A DNA stretch of 64,000 bases, from NCBI GenBank assembly GCA_030265395.1, contig JARFYF010000094.1, positions 63,512,842-63,576,841 on the forward strand, in the 5' to 3' direction. The translations under genes were made by a program, and so were the position numbers. The notes under the pieces are model-generated. The model was not told where the DNA came from, ran no database searches, and worked only from the letters and a program-made list of their open reading frames with translations. The stretch comes from Rhina ancylostomus. Lineage: Eukaryota. Positions within the stretch are counted from its first letter, which is position 1. Each line of letters opens with the position of its first letter. Shown here piece after piece: positions 26,385-35,730 of this stretch.

Positions 26385-26832
26385 TCCCATTGGATTGTTG
26401 CCCATTTCTGGGTACCACACTTTAGGAAAGATGCCAACACATTGGAGAGGGTGCAGAGGAGATGCATTAAAATTTCACCAAGGATGAAGGCCATTATCTA
26501 TGTGGAGGAATCTGAGAAGCCATTCTCCTTGGGGCAGAGAAGATTAAGAGCAGATTTTATTGAGATGTTTAAAAGCCTGAAGGGTTTTGATAGAGTTGAT
26601 GAGGCAAAACTGCTTCCATTGGCAGGCGTGTTTGAAGAGGACACAGACTTAATATAATTGGCAAAGGAATTGTTAGGGAGGCGGAGTATTTTTTATTATT
26701 GTTATGATCCTGAATGCACTTCCTTCAAAGTAGATGGAAGCTGATTCAATAATAGTCGGCAGGGATTTGGATTAATATGTGAAAATAAAATTGTTGAGTG
26801 CAAATGGAAAAGAGCAGGGCAGTGGGATTTGT
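26385..26832 (+). mobile_element. CR1 LINE 3' fragment
   Basis: HFWVPHFRKDANTLERVQRR...FSLGQRRLRADFIEMFKSLKGFDRVD. Confidence 0.85.
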
Positions 26833-26837
26833 TAGTG

Positions 26838-27015
26838 AGCGACAATCTGCTGGAAGTACTCAGTGGGTCGAACAGTATCTGTGGGAGTAGAGGAATTGTC
26901 GACATTTCTGGTAGAAGCACTGCGTCAGGACTCACAGATGCTGCTCGGCTGGTTGAGTCCTTCCAGCAGATTGTTTGTTGCTCCGGGTTCCAGCATCTGC
27001 AGTCTCTTGTGTCTG
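26838..27015. mobile_element. Penelope-like inverted pLTR pair with minus-strand hammerhead relic (26898-26932)
   Basis: acaatctgctggaagtactcag...tctgtg is mirrored by cacagatgctg...ttccagcagattgt. The minus strand reads AGTC-CTGACGC-A-...-GAAA-T-GTC-GAC. Confidence 0.8.
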
Positions 27016-27721
27016 CATTTTGATTAGTTTGTTGCCTCAGACAGATGAGCCTCATGAACCAGTTGAGTTTTACCACCGAGTGTGATCAGTGGTGTCCTGT
27101 TCTCTTGTCGACCCTTTTGCCATGTGCACTGGCTGTGTTGTTCTTTCAAGCAAGTTTATTTTAGTAGCCTTTTACCAATTTTATTTATAGGTAAATGTAC
27201 AGGTTATCTGCAACCCTATTCCCCTATTCATTTAGAGGGAGTGAACCAATTTCAGATGTTGCTAATTGAATTGTTGCCAGTATCCAAGATCCATTGCACT
27301 GCCCTTTCTCTGATGAGATGCAGTTTGATGTGTTCTGTGTCTGGGGGTGAGTTAACTTTGCAACATCTCCTTGTTAATTTAGCTAGCGGAGGAGGAAAGA
27401 TACTCAGTGGGGGTTGTCCTATCAGACGATGAGCGATAATGTGATTAGTAGTAATTTGTCTCACACCAGCAGTTCTTCCACAGGCTCTTTGTAATCAAAT
27501 TATTCAGCACATCCCAGTTTTAGGACATGATAACCAATGTATCACCAAAGGTAGCATAGAATCAGCTGGGTGACTGTGGAGTGAGAGCATGCAGAATTCC
27601 AATTAATAAGACAATTAATTGACAATTGAGATGGCTTAACAATTAAGCAAATGGCAACACTTCCTTCATGGCTTTCAGCAAAATATATGGGCTTGAAACG
27701 GGGTCAACAACTCCAAGGGTT

Positions 27722-28400
27722 AAAGAGTCATACAGCATGGAAACAGGCCCTTTGGCCCAAGTTGTCCATGCCGACCAAGATGCCCACCTAAGGTAGTCCC
27801 ATTTATCCGCATTTGACCCATATCCGTCCAAACCTGATGCAGGGTTTCAACCTGAAATGTCAAAGTTCCTTTCCTCCCACAGATGCTGCTCAACCTGCTA
27901 AGTTCCTCGAGCAGATTGTTTGTTGCTTCCTCTAAAGTTTCCTATCCATGAACCTGTCCAAATATCTTTTAAATGTTGCCATTGTACCTGTTTCAACCAC
28001 TTGCTCTGGTAGCTCATTCCACATATGTGCCACCCTCTGTGTGGAAGAGATTTGCCCTCATTCCTATTACATCTTTTGCCCCTCAGCTGAACCTATGGCC
28101 TCTAGTTCTTGATTCTCCAACGCTGGGGAAAAAGACTGTGTGCATTCACCCTATCTATGCCCCTCGTGTCTCTCAGTCTCCTATGCTCCAAGGAATAAAG
28201 TCCTAACCTGCCCATCCTCTCCCTGGACAACTATGGAGTGAGAGCATGCAGAAATTCAATTAATAAAACAATTAATTGACTATTGAGATGGTTCCCTCAA
28301 GTCCTGGAAACATGCTCTTAAATTTTTTCTGCACTCTTTCCAGCTTAATGGCATCTTTCCTCTAGCAGGGTGACCAAAACTGAAGACAATACCCCAGTAA
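27722..28400 (-). mobile_element. CR1 LINE 3' end, interrupted by a pLTR (27831-27928) and a templated insert (28223-28291)
   Basis: Tail gagtcatacagcatggaaacaggccctttggccc. ttctgcactctttccagcttaatggcatctttcct reads RKDAIKLERVQK on the minus strand. Confidence 0.85.
27831..27928 (+). mobile_element. Penelope-like pLTR with hammerhead-like core (CUGAUGCA variant)
   Basis: CTGATGC-A-GGGT-TTCA-ACCT-GAAA-T-GTC followed by cccacagatgctgctcaacctgctaagttcc. Confidence 0.75.
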
Positions 28401-28864
28401 GGGTTAGTTTTAGATTGCTCTCTTTTTCCAATCTGTGGTAGGATAGGAGGGCTTTGCACAGAACTGGATAAGAAGATCTCCATTCATGCTGTGTACCAGA
28501 CCAAACGAACAACCAATTAGTCAAGGGCCATCTGATCCCAGGGGTCTTCTGAATGGTAAAGGCAGAAGCAAACCCTTAACTGTGGGCCAATGGAGTCAAA
28601 TCCAACCCAACAAGGTGGGTTTATGCCAAAATAGTGAGATGCTCCAATCTCTTAGAAACTTGTGAGGGGATTCTGTGTGTCCCTAATGTTGCCTGCTTGC
28701 TTTGGGGCTTCCAGCTTTTTATCCACACTGTAGAATGCCACTTCTATCAGCAGCTTTAAAACTTAAGGTATAGGTGGTGGTGAGTGTAAAACCGGTTCAG
28801 ATATCACATAATCAAGCCATGAATTGTAATCGAAGTGCAAAAGTCAGTCAAGACTCTGTAGGTT

Positions 28865-29062
28865 ATAAAACAGCAAATGCTGGAAGCACTCAGCAGGTCA
28901 GGGAGCATCTGTGGAAGGAGGAGACCCAGTGTTTTAGGTCAAAAGTGCTTCATGGACCCTGAAGGTTCTTTCTCCAAATACTGCCTGAACAGCAGTGTAT
29001 TTCCAGCATTTCTGTTTTTTTTTATTTCAGGTGTCCACCATCTGCAGTTTTTTTTTGATTTT
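28865..29062. mobile_element. Old Penelope-like inverted pLTR pair
   Basis: aaacagcaaatgctggaagcactcagcaggtcagg is mirrored by ctgcctgaac...atttccagcatttctgttt. Confidence 0.7.
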
Positions 29063-29495
29063 CAGTGACTCTGTAGGTAGCATTCTTGACATTGAGTCAG
29101 AAGATACGCACAAAAGGTTAGGCTGGTGGTATTCTTTTCAGGTGGGGTGTTAAACAAAAGACCCAGTCTAACCTGGTGGACAAAAATGTTCCCTTGGCAA
29201 TATCTTAAAGAAGACNNNNNNNNNNNNNNNNNNNNNNNNNNNNNNNNNNNNNNNNNNNNNNNNNNNNNNNNNNNNNNNNNNNNNNNNNNNNNNNNNNNNN
29301 NNNNNNNNNNNNNNNATATCATAAAGAAGACCAGATGCGTTTTCTTCAGTGACTTGACCAATATATCTCCCTCCGGTCATTGCTGCCACGTATCCTACTT
29401 TGCAATGGTGACTGTACTTCAGAATTGCTTCATTGGCTGCGAAATGTTTTGAGCTGAACTGAATTTGGGAAAAGTGGTTTAAATACAATTCCTAT
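29062..29495 (+). mobile_element. Deu-domain SINE (SacSINE1-like)
   Basis: Head ggtagcattcttgacattgagtcagaag. Body ctacattacaacagtgactacacttc-like (ctactttgcaatggtgactgtacttcag) and ttcattggctg. L2-type tail. Confidence 0.6.
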
Positions 29496-30844
29496 TGCCT
29501 AATGGTCTACGCCTACACTGGCAACATTTGGCAGTCATGGGGCTGTCACGGGTGGTGACCCTGAGTGCGTCCTCACAAGTGAATGTAAGCTTTAGTTGTC
29601 CGATGCTGTGAGGTTTGCACTATTGCCAGTCAGTTCAGCCATGGAAAACAGTAAACTTTGTGGAGGCATAAACTGTCTTTGCTCAAGCTTTGCACAATTC
29701 GGCAGATGTGTGTTTGGGGAGGGGCAGACATGTTTCTCAGCATCAGGCTTGAACCCTGCCTTTTTGTCTCTTGGATAAGACAAAAGAATGGATTGTAAAG
29801 GAGTTTTCAGATCAGTTTACATCTCCTCCCCCAACTCTCACCAGAAAAATGTTCTGCTCAGGGTTGCATGATTAGCCCCTCTCATTTTACAGCTTAGCTA
29901 TTACTTGAAGTCCATCGGCTGTGAGTTTAACGTGGCAGTAAATGTTCTGTCCTTCTTGATGGGTTATGATGTAGCAGCACTGAAAAAAATTCCTAAACAA
30001 AAGTGATTTTTATGCTGGATTGACTATAATCCAGCAGTATGTTGCCTCACACTTGAGGGTGGTGTCTGCCTGCACTTAAAATGCCTGTCCTGATGTACAG
30101 CGGAGGTTAGGAGATCTTTGTGATACTGTTTGATGTGTTCTGTGTCCAGGGGTCAGTTAATTATGCAGCATCTCCCTTTTAATATAGCCAGTGGAGGAGG
30201 GAAGTGACTCAGTGGGGATCGTCAAGCAGGGGAGAAGAGAAAAGCATGATCTAGAACTGCAGTTGGCACCTCGGCTTCAGCAGGAGTTTTGTAAACTTAA
30301 ACAGAGCAGCAGCATCATCTCACCAAAACAGTATCTGCTCAGCTGTTGGAAATAAAGATTGATTCAGCTACACAGGGCCAAGTTATTTAAACATAATACT
30401 TTATTGCTTTGTACTGTCTGTCAAAAGAGAGTCACAAAAGAAATCAAAACGGGTAAGAACTGAAGAAGAATTCACAAATATTGTCGACTTTATAACATCT
30501 GTCCCAATATGTATCTGATCAGCATTGAAGTGCAGATCATTAAGTATTGTAGGGCATCTCTAGTACTTCATGGCACTGTTTACTTGTACCTGAGAAAGCT
30601 CATGAATATCTCCAAGAAAACTAATGTTGTTCTGCCATGTGCTGCAGTATATTCCACAAGAGCAAATAAGTTGGTCCTGACCTGATCTCCCTTCTGCTCA
30701 TGAATGTCCACCTGAACTCCTGGCTGGTCACTGCACTTCCTCACCACTTGAAAGCTGGTCTCGGACTCTTCTGGGTCTTGTTTCCGTGTCCCATGCTGTC
30801 ATCTGTCTAGCCATTATCCAGTTCCACCCCTTAGTCCTGCTCAG

Positions 30845-31095
30845 AAAATGAGAAAGAACAGGGAAGAGAAAGGATTCAGTGAGATGAGAGATCCCCTCAC
30901 CCTCCACTGCTCCAGATCAAACAATCCCAAACTCTCCTGATAGACCCTGCCTTCTAATCCAGGCAGCATCCTGGTGAACCTCTTCTGCACCCTTTCCATA
31001 GCCTCCATATCCTTCATATAAATGGGGCAACCATTTATTGAATGCAATACTCCGTATGTGGCCAAACCAGAGTTTTATAAAGCTGCAATATAAAA
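30845..31095 (-). mobile_element. CR1 LINE fragment
   Basis: KDMEAMERVQKRFTRMLPGLEG...LGLFDLEQWRVRGSL. Confidence 0.85.
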
Positions 31096-32110
31096 CCGTT
31101 TCAAAGTAGTGAAACACATTATTGTCAGAGCCTAGGATGTACACTTCACCATGGTTTCCTTCTCCTCACTCTTTCACCACTCCCCTTCACCCCTTTCTTT
31201 CCTGTAGCTTGCTGTTATCTTCCTGACTTTGTGTTTGACAAGCAGAAGATCCTTATCTTTGTCCATTATACAGCCCATATTATATCTATGCACCTGTTGC
31301 TTTCAATCTATGCCTTGCCCAGAGGCAACTCCAGCAATCCAGATAAACAATCAGCATGGATCAAAGGAAAACAGACAATTGACTCACACATCTTGCTCTG
31401 CGTTAACATAATTAAAGGAGTATGAATTATTTTCTGGGGAAAATGGTACACTTTATGTAATTTTGCTTCCATCTGTGTATCAGCACCTGCTGCAGGTACA
31501 TCAGTGGAAAATGTGTCAAAACACATCACTGTGTTACTAACAGATAACATCATTGGCAGGACATGTAACTTCTCTGGTTCTTCATTCTGCTTGGATAAAG
31601 TTTTCAAACTTCCCTATTAAAGCTTCTCTTGTGGTAGAAGACCTCAATCAGCAAATGGGACCAGACCTGGAATCCACCATGAATCTATTAATTGCCCCTG
31701 CTTTGTGGTTGCAGCCAAAGCTTTGGATGAGTGGGAATGCGGGGGATGCCTCTCTTGGTGGGAAGGTTTGCAATGTTTTGTTTTCCCTTCACTAAGCTGT
31801 ATTGGCGACTGGATCTGTTTGTGATGTATTTGATAAAATGTAAATATTTTATCTGTCGTGAGGCTACAAAGAAGCAAAGAGTTCTCTATTCAGTCAGATC
31901 TAACCAGGGAATAGCATCTTATCTTCTGGTTAGGTGTGTCAATTTCAACAGTTTCAGATAATAAGCCTTTCCAGACTGTGTAAGAACTAGCCAGTTCTGA
32001 TGAAAAGCCAGAGAGACAAGAGATATTGCAGGTGCTGGGAATCTGGAACCACACACATAAAATGCTGGAGGAACTCAGCAGGTCAGGCAGCATCTATGGA
32101 GGGAAATAAA

Positions 32111-32148
32111 CAGTTGGCGTTTCGGGTCGAGACCCTTCATCAGGACTG
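32111..32148 (-). ncRNA. Minimal hammerhead motif with mutated cleavage triplet
   Basis: Minus strand CAGTC CTGATGA A GGGT-CTCG-ACCC GAAA C GCC AACTG. Stem II is perfect, but GUC has become GCC. Confidence 0.7.
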
Positions 32149-32382
32149 GACTGGTTGAAGAGCTGGACAGCAGCAGAGATCACGGGGGAGCAGTGAGAGA
32201 GGGCCTCACAGAACTCCTGTCGAAGAGAGGAGGAAATCTTCTTCAGGGCAGGCATACCTTGAAGAGACTTCGCAGTAGAGCAGCAAAATGGAGAGACAAG
32301 AGATTTTGCAGATGCTGGAATCTGGAGCAACAGACACAAAATGCTGGAAGAACTCAGCAGGTCAGGCAGCATCTATGTAGTC

Positions 32383-32420
32383 CAGTCCTGATGAAGCGTC
32401 TCGACCCGAAACGTTGACTG
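32383..32420 (+). ncRNA. Minimal type I hammerhead ribozyme motif (best-preserved copy)
   Basis: CAGTC (stem I) CTGATGA A GCGT-CTCG-ACCC (stem II, one mismatch) GAAA C GTT GACTG (stem I'). Stem III is the loopless palindrome ACGT. Predicted cut after 32415. Confidence 0.8.
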
Positions 32421-32973
32421 TTTATTTCCCTCTATAGATGCTGCCTGACCCGCTGAGTTCCTCCAGCATTTTGCGTGTGCTGATGAAGAGCCATCAACCT
32501 TTACTGGAAGCTCAATTTCTTTTTTTCTCTCTTTGCACTGATGCTGTCTGACCTGTTGGATAGTTTTAGCATGGTTTCTTGTATCAGAATTCCAAAACCT
32601 GCCCTACATCTCATAGTTCCAATATTGTGTTAATATTGTTCGCTCTCTCTTCCCCCACTCTACGTCTTCATTCATCTCCTTCTACATCCCTCGACCAGAA
32701 AGATCAATTACAATCAAGAAGCCTTCGTTGCTTCTCTCAGCCTGCATCACCACCATTTGTCCCACTTAGTTTATTTTGACACCCTATTGCAGACATTTCT
32801 TTTGTTCTCACCGCCACATTCTCATCTCTGCAACTTAAAACATGTCTGAGCAAGGGCAGTGACTCCACGGATGCAGCCCAACTTGCAAAGCATTTCCATC
32901 ATTTATTGCCTTCAGTTGCTGGATGAGCCTGATTCTGTCCGCCCTGTACCGAAGCTTACTTTCCTTTGTAATG

Positions 32974-33200
32974 TAACACACAAAATGCTGGAGAAACTCA
33001 GCGGGTTAGGCAGCATCTCTTGAGGGAAATGGATAGTCGACATTTTGGGTTGAGACCCTTCATCAGGACTGGAAAGAAAGACGGGAGAGCGGGTTGGGGG
33101 GGCCAAGTGGGTGGAGCAAGAGCTGGCAGGTGATAGGTGGATCCAGGTGAGAAGGGGAAGATAGGCAAGTGGAGGAGGGGGAGAGTGGGTAATGCCTGAT
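32974..33200 (-). mobile_element. Penelope-like 3' end with hammerhead relic (33035-33070)
   Basis: Minus strand AGTC CTGATGA A GGGT-CTCA-ACCC AAAA T GTC GACT, preceded by a pyrimidine-rich 3' UTR. Confidence 0.8.
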
Positions 33201-34784
33201 TGTATTGTTTTCACTGGCACCTCTGCTGAAATCGGCTCATTTGACACTCATTACGTGGTCTGCGAGGCTCTATCACACTGCGTGCCATGCATTGACACTT
33301 AAATCCATGTGTTTGCATTGTTCTCCATCGTTGAATCCCTCAATTAAATCTTTGGCTATTCGCCATATCCAGACATCAATATTTTGCAAGAATTTGAGGG
33401 AGGTTTTAAACACAAATGGAAAAAAAATGCATAAAATGAATGCAGTCTATACTTGGAGAACTTTGAGAAACAATGGAAGCTTTCTGCAGGTTAGATAATA
33501 GAGTTCAGTACAGGATAAATTACTTGCCAACGCAATTAGATAATGTGATGCCTGTGTTGGTGGGAGTTCCAAGTAATTTGCTACAACAAATTTGCTGTCT
33601 ATTTACAGTATTTGTTCTTTTTCACTGGAATAGTTTAACAATTTAGTTACTGAATAGATTCTCCTTGGGGATTATCAAATGCAATAAACGTAATGTAGAA
33701 TAGGATAATGAGGAGCTGTCTTTCCCATGGTAAAGTTGTGTATAAAACTGCCTTTGTGATGGTACAAGCAGTGCTATCATAGTTGTGCACCTGGCCCCAC
33801 ACAAAGTTGGCCAAATGAGTTTTGGCCAAGAAACTTTAACTCACCTCATGTCATTTTGAAATAAATTTACAGAAGTTTAAAGTCCACCTAAGTAACCTTT
33901 CTAAACCAAACAAATTTTTCCATTGCTTGCTGTTTCTCACAGCCTGTTTTTCTTTACATTTTTTTTGCACTGTGTCTGGCAGGCTTTAATGTAGATGTGG
34001 ACAAAAGCCCTTTACAGGATTGCTTCACAGAGTTATAAAAGAGGTTGGTTTCAATGAGATCAGATGGTGGTGATAAGTAGTGTCTAAATCCACTGAATAT
34101 GTGTTGGATAGATTGCAAAGATGTGGATAATGTGATCAAAGGATTTTTAGTTAAACTGGGTTTTTTTGCATTACTTAACAATTTTTAAAAAATTTTCATT
34201 CAAATCCATGGCTTAAAGTTTTTTATTGCTGGTTGCAAGAGGGACTGTTAGTAAGATCCTATTACCACAAAATGAATGAATCTTATTCTATGCCATGTCA
34301 GAGATGCTGACATATTCTTTTAGCTGAAACCTTATATGAGCTTTTAAATATACACTGTATTAGGGTAGCTTCGATGCTGTTTGATGTACTATACAACTTC
34401 CCACACATCCTTATCTTCCAACCTAATAAGCAGTGATGTTTTTTTGTTTGATGAAATGTGACCTCTTAAGTATTATGAGGGGATTCTTAATACTGCTGTA
34501 CATGAATCAAAGTTGATTAACACTCCCCATCTCCTGCAAAGCAATCAATATGGTAGCACTTTGTAAACCTCTGGCTGCCTATTCTTTATCTCAATGCAAA
34601 AATAAATTTGGAATTCATATTCAGCTGGAATATTCTTGTAAAGACAGAGTGTCTCCATATATTAGGTTGTTTGAGAGTTTGGCATTGGCCATTAACCAAG
34701 AGGGCCTGGTTTCATATGTAGATTGGATGGAGTCACTTTAAGTACCTCCTTGTGCGATGGCATTGGCTAATCATGCAAAAGGTC

Positions 34785-35030
34785 AAATTGGAACTTTTTT
34801 TTATTGTCACGTGTGACTGGGATGCAGTGAAAAGTTTTTGTTTGCATGTCATCCAGACATATCATTCTGTACATAAGTGCATAGAGGTAGTGAAAAGGAA
34901 AACAGAATGCAGAATTTAGTGTTACATTGCAGAAAAAATGCAGTGCAGGGAGACAAATAAAGTGCAAGGGTCACGATGTGGAAGATTGGAAGATCAAGAG
35001 TTCACCTTTTAGTGTATAAGCGTATAATTT
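34785..35030 (-). mobile_element. Rex/Babar-type 3' UTR fragment
   Basis: Homologous to 9778-10030. Confidence 0.6.
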
Positions 35031-35559
35031 TTAGCACTTGCTTTCTGCTTCTGCATTTGTGGATCAAGATGAATGGCCTTACCTGCTCCTTCCCTCCACT
35101 GCTGTCAATAGTTGTTGCCACAGAGAATTCAAAACCTTGTGTGCACAATGGGCTGAAATTTCTTGTCTTGGTGGGCACAGTGAGAAATTCCTGTGCATGG
35201 CATCTAATTGAATTTCATCTGGCTGAGCAGAACTTGCAGCTAAGGCAAAGAAAGAATCAAAAAAAACCAAAATATTGGGAAGGGAGGGGCTTTAGAGAAG
35301 GAAGCAGAACTCCAGAAACGTCTCTGAATTTGGGAGAAAAGGAAGGAGGTCACCTCAATGACCAAGGGAGAGATGTGGCATGCCAAGATAGGAGCTGAAA
35401 GAAAGGAGCAGGGTGAATGGGAAGGGGAGAACAAAGAACTGAGAAATGAAGAGCACCAGAATGAATTCACGGAGGCTACAATGGCACCGTTGCAGGACAG
35501 TTGGTTGTGTGTGGGTTGTAGTTGGAAACAGAAGATCATAGAACCAGGAAAGCAAAGGA

Positions 35560-35730
35560 GGTAAAGGGCTGAAAAGGGAGCTGGGGGAACAGGCAGTGAG
35601 CTGTAAAAGGGGCCGGGGGAACAGATGGCAAGATGAAGAGAACCCGGGTGAACATGCAGAGAGGGGAAGAGAACCCGAGTGAACATGCAAAGGTGAAGCC
35701 TGGCAGGGTGAATACAGAAAGGTGAGGAGA
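35560..35730 (+). repeat. Degenerate purine-rich tandem repeat, about 30-32 bp unit, about 5 copies
   Basis: gaagagaacccgggtgaacatgcag / gaagagaacccgagtgaacatgcaa plus flanking variants ...ggggaaca..., ...gggtgaatac.... Confidence 0.7.

Larger units (their letters stand above)
32011..32479 (-). mobile_element. Composite Penelope-like element: pLTR (32011-32152), putative ORF start (32153-32290), second direct pLTR (32291-32377), inverted pLTR (32379-32479)
   Basis: Direct repeat gagagacaagagat..tgcag.tgctggaatctgga...aaaatgctgga.gaactcagcaggtcaggcagcatctatg occurs twice and is followed by an inverted copy. Flanked by ctgatgaaaagcca (31997-32010) and ctgatgaagagcca (32480-32493). A partial-tandem plus inverted pLTR layout is characteristic of PLEs. 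Confidence 0.85.
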
